A stretch of 63,128 nt of DNA, filler included, from Choristocarpus tenellus KU-1152 (GCA_964200185.2; 15 parts of 15 records of this genome joined end to end with filler, not necessarily neighbours in it); one strand, 5' to 3'; shown: positions 36,282 through 48,733, counted from the whole stretch's first letter. Notes: generated by a model not told the origin, from the sequence alone. Numbers and translations: made by a program.

Positions 36282-36539
36282 GAGTGAAAGTATCTTAGAG
36301 GGTACAAGTTTTGACCTGTTTGTCCATTTGGGGCTTGGCGTCCAGCGGGTTTTTTTATGACATTTTCCTACTCCCAAATGTTTCAGAGTAGTAAAATGTG
36401 TATGTAATGAAAAGGCGTAACCGGAACATGGATATTGACACTTCCTAACAAACACTATAGCCAAAATTACATCAAAATTGCAACATTGGATTTTGGCCCA
36501 CAAAATGACGCAGATCTACCCTCTAAGATACTTTGGGTC
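36282..36539 (+). mobile_element. MITE family B, full-length (258 bp), 4-bp TSD CATT
   Basis: CATT-GAGTGAAAGTATCTTAGAGGGTA ... TACCCTCTAAGATACTTTGGGTC-CATT. Confidence 0.95.
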
Positions 36540-36979
36540 CATTTAAAAAATCATTGAGAACTGTGGGATGCAAGTATATTCTCCAGAGTATATAATATAC
36601 GAAGGTACATGCATAGATTGTCATATCCTATGGATTGAGAACACTTGTCGTCTTTATAGGGACGCTGAAGTTACATTTTATTCTAATCCATATCTGATGG
36701 TACAGCCTAAATCAAGTGTATTTATCGAGTCTGGTGTCTTGACAGGCAGGCTTGATGAAGCACCTGGTTCTTGCGTTTTGAGAGGCGTTGTCTACAATCG
36801 ACAAATCGTAGGCCTGATGCAAAAGATAAAGCTCAGTATCCCCACATACAGTATTTACTCAAGTTTTGAAAATATGTACATTAGAACATTTTATATGCTG
36901 GGGAGCTCTTTAGTAGGTGGGACTGCACAGAACCAGGGGCCACATAATACATTGTCCATGTTTGCAAACCACTGAATCT

Positions 36980-37241
36980 GAATCAAAGCATTTAAGAGGG
37001 CATTTAGAATTTTGCCCTGTTCGTCCGTTCGGGGATTGATTGGCTTCCCACAGGTTTGTATTCCTCTTTTCGGTTTTCTGTGTGAACGCAGTTACCTGAA
37101 ATGTGTACCTTTATGAATGGTGTGTATGGAGGAACGACATTGACACTGAACAAACACAATGGCCAAAATTACATCGAAATCGCAACATTGGATTTTGGAA
37201 CCCAAACGGACGCTGCCTTACCCTCTTAAATGCCTTCACTC
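36980..37241 (+). mobile_element. MITE family B, variant subfamily with altered TIRs
   Basis: GAATCAAAGCATTTAAGAGGG ... CCCTCTTAAATGCCTTCACTC; interior colinear with family B (TTTGCCCTGTT, GCCAAAATTACAT, CGCAACATTGGATTTTGG). Confidence 0.85.
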
Positions 37242-39069
37242 TTTTTTGGTCACTAACGACAAGAAGATATTCAGATCTTTAACCAGGCCAGCCAAATATT
37301 TCACAAGGAATACAATGATCACCTATCCTATCCACCGACCATGCATCTTGCTGTGGAGGAAGTTGATCAAATCAAGCAACCATTGCTTATGTATGCATTA
37401 GGTCTTACTGACTTGAATTAAGTTAATGTGTTGGTTTACCATAAAAAAAAATACAGGTATGCATGTTCTAAAATGTTCTATACTATACTGTAAGCAGTAA
37501 ACCTACGGACACACTCTGTCATTCTTTGTGTTCAGCATGTCTGTTGTATTCTCTAGCTTGCATGTTGTTGCATCTTGTCCTTATATCAACACATCTCTCT
37601 GCCATGGCAATAATATAGTATTTCTACGCTAAAGTGTATGTTATGTATGCTTATTGTTTATTACCTCGACATAGGTTTTTGCTTCGTAGAATACTCAGAA
37701 GTGTTGCGAATTCATTTACTTGCAGTGCCTGATGATTGGGATGGAAACAAAAATTGAGTTGACTGGCCCACATGGAAGTGGGTGTGTAATCTCGAAAAGG
37801 AGAGGGAGTGATAAAATAAGATATTAACACAAACCCAGTAAAAAAATTAGGGTGGAGTTGTTGAAAGTGGAAGTTGAAGAATTGGTGTTGTTTGTTTATG
37901 TGAATTGAAAGCATTTAATTCGACTCCCAAAAAAGTATTTTGAAGGAATAATGAGCAACATGTAAACCTCGAAGTGCTGAGCACTCTGGGACTCTGCGAG
38001 GAAGGGGTGCAGTGAGTATCCATGTGAGATTACACCCAATCCGAAATTTCAACTTGTTTTAGAATCGAGTTTCGATTTGCAATTCTCAATTTTCTGTTCG
38101 CGATTATTATATCGATTCAATCGAAGGAGATTAGAATAACAGCCAATATTATGCTTGACCATTTGTGAGAATAAGATTCGAAATAATGATTTATGTACGA
38201 ACAGACGATGATGCGGGATATTTAGGTGGGTTATTTGACCAGGAGAAATTGGCGGAATGTTAGAGTCGGAGTGTTTCTGAGATATGCTAGAGAACTGTTG
38301 AGTCATTTGGTATTCTGAGCCATTTACTGTAAGGTTTGGTGAGCCCCATCTGATGATGGTGTCTCACTTTCTTCTCAACTGTGATACAAGCTAGTAAACA
38401 ATCATATAACTGCTTGTGTGGGACGACAAATCGTCAAGGACAGCATATCATGCTATAGCATCCTTTTGTAAGCATGCTTGCGTAGTTAATATATTGATTT
38501 AGCTATCACCAGGAAGGAGTCAGGAAAAATAACTATGATGCCCAGATCGAGATTTGATTCAAATCTGAACTCAATTGATGACGGAGTTGAAGAACCGCCA
38601 ATGATCTATTGGGGGGGTGAGATTCAAGATGGGACATCAGCCACGCAAGGGGGCAAGGTTGGGGTTGGGCCTAGAGATACTGTGATCGTGAGGGCTAGGC
38701 CCATATCTGTACCTAAGTTAAAACAATACTCCTCCAAACAACCTGCGTTTAAGGGGAACCAGGAACGTGGAGGAAGTGGAGCAAAACATTTCTTGCACAC
38801 GCTCTCTCATCGGGATGGAGGGAGCCACTGGTAACGAAGAAATATCAGAGGGTACTGTCAATGGAGTATTCCTCGACAAGTGTGGACCTGTATCTTCACC
38901 ATGCGACGACGTACGCGACAAATTGACTTCAGGAGGAGACAGCTAGACCTGCATTGGACATCGTGCTGATGTACAAATCTCCGAGCATAGCATTTGCTGC
39001 ACTTGTGAAGAACTATGCTTAATCTGGGTAAACGGAGAGAAATCTTATGAAACGGAAATTGATGTTAAT

Positions 39070-39110
39070 GGCTCAAAGTATCTGGGAGGGGGTAGCGGCT
39101 GTCCATTTGG
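39070..39110 (+). mobile_element. MITE family A, left end, cut by contig end
   Basis: GGCTCAAAGTATCTGGGAGGGGGTAGCGGCTGTCCATTTGG. Confidence 0.88.
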
Positions 39111-39210
39111 NNNNNNNNNNNNNNNNNNNNNNNNNNNNNNNNNNNNNNNNNNNNTTAATTAATTAANNNNNNNNNNNNNNNNNNNNNNNNNNNNNNNNNN
39201 NNNNNNNNNN

Positions 39211-42055
39211 ACAATTCGGTGTATACCAGTGTACGGGAGCCGCCGGGTGTGAGTTGACCAGTGAAGAACCTATGCATGGACTTGATTCCACTAAGGTTAG
39301 GGACACGTGGGTCGTGTCGTCCCACACGGTCAATCTTGTAAGACGGAAGGTGGACTATCTCCTGCGTGTGGAACATGTCGATGTGTAGAAGTTTTGCGTG
39401 TGTGTTACTGTGCTGTCTGCCATCCCTGTCCGTCCAATCCTAAGGGTATTGGTCATTCGGCGTATGAGGGGAGGGGCGGTTAGTGATGGAGTTAGCGTCG
39501 GTACCGAGGCGCTGTGCTGTGTGACCGTTTCTATGTGATTGCATATGTCCTTTGTATTGATATGTGATACCTCTATCGCAGTAATAATAGTTTGGTAGGG
39601 ACGGATGAAAGTGTGCGATGAAACCCGAAACCTGGAGTTCAATTTGGTTACTTTTTTCCAACTGATGGACTAACGAGAAATAGAGTGTAATGGCTGCAAG
39701 ACCGCATGGACTTGCAGCCATCGCTTAGACGACCATGCGATGAGCGATCGTACTGTGTCTGACTTGTGTTGTGGGCATATGAAGGGAAGGTACGGATGAT
39801 GTGACATAAGGTGTGGACCAAATCTGTTGTTGCCTTGGTGGAATATATGTGTTAGTAAGGGACCCGTGGGAGTAGAGTGTCGCGAGTTGCAAACAGCCGT
39901 CAAGTGTTGTGATTGAGGAAACTCATTAGCGTGACATGGTGGTGTCTATCGATGTAGCGTACAGAGTATATGTGGCCAATATTTGTAACGTTAACGGAAG
40001 AACAACATGGGGTTTATTGTTGGTTTACCCATTGGCAGACTCATTCAAAATCAAGGTCGGTGGATGCAAGTGGGCCCGGACGGTGTGCGGTTGGTGAATG
40101 AATGTGTGTGTGTATTTATCATGTGATCTATGATGGTGTGCCAACGTCAGGGAAAGGTGTGGATGTGGTATATGTCTTCCTCTTATAAGCGAAGGGTATA
40201 TTGTCTGTGCGTTAGCGCTGTGAAGAAAAGAGGAAAAGATGATGCTATGTTTGCGCGAGTTTACTGATTGGCATCACCTATGAGAAACGTTGGTGATGGT
40301 TGCAGGTGTGTATGGACAATCTGTGCAGTATTTTCATAAGTGCTGCGGATGATATGTTATCTATCTTCAACCGACGCATTGTGTCGATGTGAAGGGAGTG
40401 AGCGGGTGTGGTGGCATAATTTCCAACGATATATATATTGTTGTGGTGTTTGTTATATATATGTGGGTGAAGGGCGTGCGTGTCGGGGTTGTCACCATCG
40501 GTGGCAAATAGGGCGGAATTTTTGGTGGAGAGAGGCGGGAGGGTCGTCATGTGGAGTGTGCCTACCTCTGTGACGATTGTCTGCCCGGGAGGAACCTTGT
40601 GACCTTTGCGATAGTACCCCTCTTCCTCTGGTGTCGGATCCCTCAAGGTGTATTGAGTTTTGGTTGCCTTGATTGTATCCACTAGGGATGAGGTTCCTGG
40701 CATGCGCACCTCGTGTAGTTCCAGTCTCCTGGCGGCAGACTTCACCACAGCCCCGACTCCATCAGACAAGGACTTCCCGTGACACGAGGCAAAGAAGTTG
40801 TGTACCATGGAAATTCCCATCCGCGCTAGGAACTGAGAAACCCACCACATCTGTCATCTGTTCTTGAACTGGCTCCTGCAGCCGTCCGACCAGATGTGCA
40901 GGACCTCTAGAGTCTGACCGTGTACTCACTGGCCAGAGGTATTAGGCGGTCCTTCACAAGCATCTCCACGGCGTTCTGGACGAACTCGTTGTCCTGGCTT
41001 CGGTCTTCACTGCACACCGTCATACTGTGATCCCAAACCCTTCCATTCCCGAGATTACTCTCTTCTCTGAAATCCGTCAAGAGTGAAAGTATCTTAGAGG
41101 GTACGAGTTTTGCCCTGTTTTGTCCATTCGGGGCTTGGCTTCCCATTGGTTCTTTTGTGACATTTTCCAACTCCAAAATGTTTAGGGGTAGGTAAAGTGT
41201 GTATGTTATGAAAAGGTGTGTCCGGAACATTGATATTGACACTTCCTAACAAACACGATAGCCAAAATTACATAAATATCGCAACATTGTATTTTGGGCC
41301 CCAAATGGACGCGGCTCTACCCTCTAAGATACTTTGGGTCTCAACCACCAGACAATTGTTAGAAGCGCCGTAAGGAATAGGTTGAAGAATTCTTGTTGTG
41401 TCAAGTCCTGGTGGTTGTGTTGCAGGGGGGCGCTGAAGTCCATGGACATGGCGGCATGACCTTTGGGGAGGCGGGCTTTGCAGTGCTTGTATTGTTGCGC
41501 CTGCCAAATGGTGGTGTTGTGATGAAGGAAGAAACTTTTCTCGAAGTTTGCAAATATGTCTTTTAGGAGTGTGGAGAATCCCTCCGTCCTTGGGAACAGC
41601 ACCTGCATGGAATGGGCGAAGTGGTCGCGTATCGGGAGTTGTTGCTGGTGGTCGTAGGTCATGGTGATTCGGGGCGAGTTACCTGGTGTAGCCGATTATG
41701 TACGGTGCTGTGTGAGGGAGTATGTGCTTGTTGTTTGACGAATACGCCGTATGTGAGACATAGATATATATGCAAATGTACAGCGTAACTATTATTGGAA
41801 TGAAAATGTCGCTCTCACCTTTCGACTCCGACTGTGTTTGTCCGTTTGCCCTGTGGCGTCTTCGTCGTCATTATCCTCGGTCCTGTTCCTCCTGATGTTG
41901 GGGGCGGACTCTCCCACCATGCATTTAGCGATAATCAAATCATCCGTCATGAGATTGTCCGCCCTCAGCTCCGCATATTTCTCGGTGATCAACTTGATCA
42001 TGTCGTCTTTGGTGGTCCCGCTTGGGGTGGTGATGCCAAGTCTAGACGACAGCGC
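39211..42055 (-). pseudogene. Sola2-like DDD transposase pseudogene with spliceosomal introns
   Basis: Exons 42055-41819, ~41682-40566 (interrupted by a MITE) and 39361-39211 (cut by contig end). Motifs in order: FFLHH...WQAQQYK..K..L..GHAAMSMDFS...Q..FF; CSEDRSQD; HIWSDGCRSQFKN; HNFFASCHGKSLSDGVGAVVK; LSGIKSMH. These match the Sola2 catalytic core (DF..., SDG..QYKN, HGK..DG.GG..K). Lesions: MITE at 41081-41340, frameshift near 40920, TGA at 40856-40854. Confidence 0.88.
41081..41340 (+). mobile_element. MITE family B, full-length (260 bp), 4-bp TSD TCAA, inserted in the transposase exon
   Basis: TCAA-GAGTGAAAGTATCTTAGAGGGTA ... TACCCTCTAAGATACTTTGGGTC-TCAA. Removing the element and one TSD copy restores the frame (WWL-TDFREE). 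Confidence 0.96.
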
Positions 42056-42534
42056 CTGTGTGACAGTGTAGGTGGGATACATACATATATATATATAGCT
42101 TTATCGTAGCATGGGTGTGTAGTGGGGTGTATGGATNNNNNNNNNNNNNNNNNNNNNNNNNNNNNNNNNNNNNNNNNNNNTTAATTAATTAANNNNNNNN
42201 NNNNNNNNNNNNNNNNNNNNNNNNNNNNNNNNNNNNCCTTGGCCTGCCCCCTTCCCCTTGCCGCCATCATCCGGGGACTGAGGCTCCCCCACTACGGTCA
42301 GGGCCCCACTACTAGGCTCCAATCCAAGAGGAAAGAGCACTGCCTTGGTGGATGCCTCCCTTAGTTCATGGAGGAGAGACTGGGGGCAGGGCAGGGGTGG
42401 TCACGTGAGAGAAGCAACACAAGAGGAAGCTACCGATAGATAGTAGTGGCCAGTTGAAGGGTAAAACATGGTACATGCGAATATTTTTTTCGTGTAAAAA
42501 AACAAAACAAAACAAAAGAAGTTGCACTCTGCTG

Positions 42535-42630
42535 TTGATACAAAACACTTTCCTTTTTGATACAAAACACTTTCCTTTTTGATACAAAACACTTTCCTTT
42601 TTGATACAGAACACTTTCCTTTTTGATACA
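42535..42630. repeat. Minisatellite, 22-bp unit GATACAAAACACTTTCCTTTTT x~4.3
   Basis: Units start at 42537, 42559, 42581, 42603 and 42625. Confidence 0.95.
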
Positions 42631-43956
42631 TAGACACTTCCGGGATTTCCCAAAGGCTTGAAAAAAATAGTGTGTACATAGGTGTTTGTAAGAGCTTGTA
42701 AGAGCATTAAAACTTCACAAGACGTTTTTCACACGATCTTCCATTTTAAATATATATGGGAATTTACACGCCATTTCGGCTCATCTAACCAAAATAGTCT
42801 TCTAATAAAAGGTGTATAACAATACTACCTGGAAGTGTGTAGTACTAGTAGTATCCAGCCTTACCATTATGAGGGTTACAATGGTGCCATGATTGGCGAC
42901 CTCCTGCTGTGTGTGACTGCATGAAGTGCTCATCTGCCTGCACGAACTATGTGGTTTATGGGGGGGGGGGGACTCACTGGCAATGCATCTGGATCAATTC
43001 CCTTTTCTTTCCATCGTGATATGGGTCCATCACCAACAGCCCCCATATCAGAGGCAACAGCTGAGAGGGCTGATTCCGCCCTTGTCAAAGCCCCTCTCGA
43101 ATCCTGGGCCAGCAGAGCATTGTGGAGGACAAGGATTAGACTGATCCGGCAACAAGGATGGTTGGGGATTGTTGGCTAGGGGGTTGATAATGCATCCCAA
43201 AATTGAGCCCTCACAAAAAGACAATTGTGTTGGTGAGGCATTAGTTCCTGATGAGAAATGTATTCAATAGTTGTATCCCTGGCCAGGACACTCCATTCAT
43301 TGATACTAAAATTAACGCCTAGAGTTGAAGATAACACCCTTGCATCCAATTATAGTGTTTACATAGAAGGGAAAACCACCCTGACTATTACAGTTGTACC
43401 AATCAGGAGTACTTTCCAATTCCAGTTTACCAATCATACGCTGTTGAGCCATCCTGCGATTGACGGATTGAATCCATCACCCCTACAGATGTTGTCACCT
43501 TGATCATTCCAACCTCCCCACCCACTATTCACACCTCACCTCCACCTCTTCTTTAGTCACACCTGTCAACCTCTCCGATTCAACCTAATGGGACATCCAC
43601 CATGACCTACCTACACTCAACCAGCAATAAAAGCACCTCTTGACAGTCAAAAATCTTGTGTCGCCCAGGAACACCTCATCTCGCTCTAGGGCACTACGGC
43701 GTAAGAATTGTCCACAGCCGTAGTCTAGATATATTTCGGTCATATCAAGGTGCCGTTGAGGCTATCATATTACAACAAATGTGATATTTAGGAACAGAAA
43801 AAAAATACTAATCAAAACAAAAAAACACACAATGATTTTACTCCCACACTCTTATACAGCACCATACCACTATTGTACCACCTCTTGGACAAGATGAGGA
43901 CTTGGTCATCCAACACAATGCAAGCATATCGACAAGAATAAAAAAGTAAGGAAAAG

Positions 43957-44002
43957 AATAATAATAATAATAATATTAATAAAAACTAAGGAAAAGAATA
44001 AC

Positions 44003-44035
<33 letters not shown>
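43957..44035. repeat. (AAT)n microsatellite region
   Basis: Visible AAT runs. Confidence 0.9.
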
Positions 44036-44036
<1 letters not shown>

Positions 44037-44476
44037 CCAATAACAATAGAAACAAAAATACCACAGTGTGAAGGTATTGCAACCTACATACACAATCAAT
44101 CCTCCAGTACACACTACTACTACATAATATCAACGGTGTAAGAAATAGTTTGTATCGTCCAGCTAACAGAACAAAAAAAGAAAAAAGAAGAGACAGCGTG
44201 TTTGACTTGACTCGACTCAATTACTTGCTGAAGAAGAGTATTGCACTCAAGACAGTGCATGCACGCCTTCGAGGTAGAGACCTAGATGACACCCTTCCAT
44301 AACAAAGAAAGGAGAGGGCTCCTAATCACACAGCCCTAACCCTAACTCCTCATCACACTGCCTCACAACAAACGGGAACACTCCTCGAACGATCCAACTA
44401 GTCAGAATTTCAATGTTAGGTAACTATTGCTGGCTGGCCGACTCCGTTCATCACAATCACAATCACAAGTGCTTGT

Positions 44477-44519
44477 GGTTAGGGTTAGGGTTAGGGTTAG
44501 GGTTAGGGTTAGGGTTAGG
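44477..44519 (+). repeat. Interstitial telomeric repeat (TTAGGG)~7
   Basis: Six perfect TTAGGG units plus partial units. Confidence 0.95.
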
Positions 44520-44851
44520 TACACAGATCTCTCTACGCTCGCGTGTTGAGAAAAAAAAATTAAAATTAAAAAGCACTTCAGAGTACACTTTTTTTTTTTG
44601 CAACAATTTTTGTTCTTGCTCAATTGTTCAAAAAGACGGTTGACCGAGTCGTTTAATCTATCTCCTTGTTTGTTCGGGGTGGCCGGATTGCCTGACCACA
44701 GCCAACACAAACACTTGTGCTGCTGTCCTCTGCCCGGTATCTAGTATAACGGCGACATCTGTAACGATGGTAACAATCTCTTCGAAGAACTAACTTCAGC
44801 CTGCGCATTTCATGTATGATAGGATCATATGACCATTTCAACAAACCCAAA

Positions 44852-44879
44852 TAACCCTAACCCTAACCCTAACCCTAAC
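44852..44879 (-). repeat. Interstitial telomeric repeat (CCCTAA)4, opposite orientation
   Basis: TAACCCTAACCCTAACCCTAACCCTAAC. Confidence 0.93.
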
Positions 44880-45320
44880 TCCACTGGAATCATTTCAATG
44901 CCTTTGAAGCGTCTCAAGCTACCGAGATTGTGCGTGGATTGTGTGTAGGGTAAGAGTTGAAAACGCCAACTCAAGATTTGGTCAACCCTCACAGAGTTCA
45001 TAATAGGGTCACAGTTTAGCCTGTGGCGCAGTGTGCCAATGCATGAAACTGTCAACACCAATGTATCATCGGATGTCAAATTGCTTGAAATCAATGCTTG
45101 AAATCAATATTTTAGGGGGAAGGGAATGGAACGAGGAAATTGCGTTTGTTGCAGGTGACCGAACTCTACTCCCAAGTACAGTTGATGAGTCAGACATAAC
45201 CATAGCCTGCACAAAGGTTTGGTGATAATGCTAGTGTATCTGTGTATTTCTTCAACTGTGAGGTATGTTTGAGGAGGGGGGGGGTACACACAACAAATGC
45301 CAACAACGTAAACAATATAC

Positions 45321-47050
45321 CCTGCATGCCCGGGCTAATCTCAATTGACTAGCCTCAACTGACCAACACAGAACTACTACTACTAATGCACTGCCTTCCA
45401 TTAAAACGTTCTTCAAACTTCCTATACTTGTCAATGTGTGTCAAGGCAAGGGCCTTACTGCAATCTCAGCACTGCCAATGATAAATACCACGTGTTGCGG
45501 TATTTACTCAAACAGCGAACGCCTTCCCTTCTCACCTCCAACTCTTGTTCGTGTAATTCCAGTCTCATCTCCTGTTCCCTTAACTTTTCATTCAGTTTGT
45601 TATGAGTGAACAATGCAGTTTTTGTATCTAGGGCCTAGAGGTTATCCCGGCAACGCGATACCAATGTCAAAGAGGACAAAACAGTGCAGGTGGGGTGGGG
45701 AAGGTGGGAAGGGGGCATGGTTGTTGTATATGTTTCACCTCCACCTACAAAAACACTCCGAAGCAGCAAGCAGCAAGTGCCAAGTATGTTGTACTACTGA
45801 AGTAGGAGAAGGATAAAAGCGTTCTTAAAAATGAGAGTATCATACTGGATTACGTCTGAAAGTGCATATTGCAGGTATAGTTAGAACAATGAGTCAATAA
45901 TCAATAATAATAATAATAATAATGATTAATCAATGTTTGAGAGTAAAAGGTTGGAGGCCACCCAAGACTCTGCAAGGACTCACTGCTGAAGTGCACAAAG
46001 GTACAACAAGACACCATTGCTTGTGGCAAAACCTGCACTAAAAAACTGGCACCAACCTTGATCATAAAAAACTGTCTGTCCATGCAGTAAACTGTCCAAC
46101 TGAGCAAACCCCACGTGCATCACTGTGCATGCAATTTTAAATCAACTGCTAACAAATTAGTTCAAACTCCGTTTCTCCCAATACCTCAAACATCGTCCCT
46201 CAATTCGATAGCAACACACTGATCGATAAATTGAGTATCACCAAATCATACACCAAGGATCGATAAATCAGCAATAGTAAATATATATGTATGTATAAAT
46301 GAAAACAAAACAACAATAATAAAATAAATAAACAAAAAACAGCACCAGTGACATTATTACAAGCACTTGAGACAAACCTAAACACTCAAATATTAATATT
46401 AATATTAAGAAAAACAAAAAGGGCTTGGCTTTGAGGGGGAGAGGACACAATGCAACAAAATGAACCAACATTTGGACCAATATCAAACCAATATCAAACC
46501 AATATCAAACCAATATCAAACCAATATCAAACCTCAAGCACCGCTCCTAGGCATTGGGGGATGCATTAACTGTTTGTACTATATGGCGCTATCTCTACAA
46601 TAGATTATCACTACTTGTGTCCTGCCAAGCCACTTCCAAACGCACACACACACAAACATAACCCAAGCAAGCACCAAATGCTCTTATTGAAACAGTTCAT
46701 ACCTGGCTCTCGAGGGAGGCATTCAACACCTCTAGCAGGCGGAACGTTCCACACATGCCAACAGTCATAATCGCCATAATCATGTCCTTTGAATGGACCT
46801 GAGATGACAAATCAAGAAGAATAGCTCTCTCGTAAGTACAAAAAAAAAGAAGAATAGCACGCATGCACACACACACACATATATACACGCCACACATGCA
46901 TCACAGGTGTTACAAACACCCAGGTGTGTTATGGTGTCCTGAACACTAGACTAGAGAAAATTAATCAATCGTCATACACGAGATGTGTTCAGAGCACAGA
47001 TCTGAATACGCACGTTGGCGTGTGGATAGAGAACGTGCGTATGTCCATGA

Positions 47051-47103
<53 letters not shown>

Positions 47104-47609
47104 TGTGAATATACCATTGTACAACAAATATCTCCCCTCTATGTGTGTGTAAAAAGAATGTAGAAATCTTGATCGGTGCAAGAAAGAATCGGTTCTTATT
47201 CTTGAGACAATAGTACACACTCCTGAGTATATCATTAATGAGACAATAATTCATTTACCTCCAACGCAAAAAAGGAATCATTAATGCTTGTTAACGTTTC
47301 CCCAAAACAATCAACTTCAACTTCAACTTCAATCGCAATTTTCTGATTATCGTGATACCTCTCCGCAATTCTTACCTCATCAGGTGCTACAACTACAACT
47401 CTCTCTATATATGTATGTGTGTGTGTGCGTGTGTGTGTAATGTATACTCATGTGTGTGAGGAAAAGCCAACTTTAAGGTATTATGTTGTATGTACTAAAG
47501 AACGATATCTTGTATGTTGTGTTTAAAAATTCACCTCATTGGTCAGTTCAACCACCCCAACCTTGAGTGCCCGATAAGCCTTTCTCCTCTTGACGGCATC
47601 GTGCTCAAA
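45321..47609 (-). CDS. Internal short exons of an unknown helical protein gene
   Basis: Four phase-consistent AG/GT-bounded exons: 47609-47535 (FEHDAVKRRKAYRALKVGVVELTNE), 46798-46703 (VHSKDMIMAIMTVGMCGTFRLLEVLNASLESQ), 46032-45984 (VLPQAMVSCCTFVHFS), 45421-45321 (RSLKNVLMEGSALVVVVLCWSVEASQLRLARACR). Confidence 0.55.
46476..46533. repeat. Minisatellite, ACCAATATCAA x5
   Basis: Five perfect 11-bp units. Confidence 0.95.
47054..47100. repeat. (TG)n microsatellite
   Basis: Perfect run. Confidence 0.97.
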
Positions 47610-48225
47610 CTGAAAAACAAAAACAAAAAATAAGAACAAAAATTAAGCGTGCGTTTTTTTTAAGGTTAGGGTTTAGTTGGCATCAACCACTGTGCTACGA
47701 CCATGCTAGAAAAACATTGAATAGCCACTTTGGGTTGATTTCCGATTACCACAAGTGGAGAAAAAAAAAGAAGAGAAATATTTGTTGTATACTATATATA
47801 AATATAATAGTATACAATTGATGTATGACTCACACAACATGAGGTGAAAATTGTCTAGGTACTGTCATACTGTGATACGGAATTGGATTTATTGGCCAAC
47901 AAACAAACAAATGGAAATTTCCTGTGTTGTTATATGCAGCTAAGAAGGGACCTAGTTTTATCTACATGAGCACCTGTGCAGTGTCCTACTTCATATCCTC
48001 AATGTCAGACTAGGGTTTCTATATCATAGAGGGAAGGAGCAGCAGAGGAAACAGCAAGGTGTTTGTGTGTGTGTTTGTAAAGGGGGAGGGGGGGGGTAGC
48101 AATGNNNNNNNNNNNNNNNNNNNNNNNNNNNNNNNNNNNNNNNNNNNNTTAATTAATTAANNNNNNNNNNNNNNNNNNNNNNNNNNNNNNNNNNNNNNNN
48201 NNNNCTATTGGTATCTTACGGATAC

Positions 48226-48406
48226 CGCTCAAAGTATTTATGGGGGGGGGGTGAGGAGCTACACCAGGGTGTCCATTCGGGCCCTGACCAGGAAAAGTGC
48301 ACTTACATCATCCATTCGACGCATGCAACCTAATCACCCAAAAATCGCGAAGTGGAAAAGTGGGCCCCGAATAGACAGCCACCCCCCTCCCCAGATACTT
48401 TGAGTC
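48226..48406 (-). mobile_element. MITE family A, full-length; flanks ATAC/ACAC
   Basis: CGCTCAAAGTATTTATGGGG ... CCCCAGATACTTTGAGTC. Confidence 0.9.
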
Positions 48407-48733
48407 ACACCTATATCTGTAAATATCTGTCAACATAAAATGATACTTAGTATTCACAAACAATCTGACACTATCATATCACTATGTACAACTAATGGTA
48501 TTGCCGCATGCATGCTTTGCTTTCACACATTGGTTTCAGCTTTTTCTTGCTTGGCACTTCACCTCCACCCTCAAATCTCGTTGTTTGGTGCTCGTCTCAG
48601 CATCGCTCTGCAATGGACCATCACATCATGGACCATGACCATCTCTTTATTTCAGTTTTCCCATGTTTTCGTCATATTATATAATACTAGTAATAGATAG
48701 GATAGGAATTCCAACTACAATCCTTAGTGCTTA

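Noticed and set aside
36150-36503. Recurrent small ORFs sharing KLVPSKIL / SIWGQFFH peptides (also 40907, 53569, 57105, 19983, 50485)
   Set aside because: They are translations of MITE A/B sequence, not a gene family.
40854-40856. In-frame TGA in the transposase as Trp/Sec recoding (also TAG at 12894)
   Set aside because: The same gene has a frameshift and a MITE insertion, and prfB ends with TGA. These are simple transition mutations in pseudogenes.
46924-47254. ORFs with HTHTHT/CVCVCV runs (also LLLL at 43906-44220, LGLGLG at 44413-44643, KKKK at 56660-56866)
   Set aside because: These are translations of microsatellites, telomeric repeats or poly-T, not proteins.
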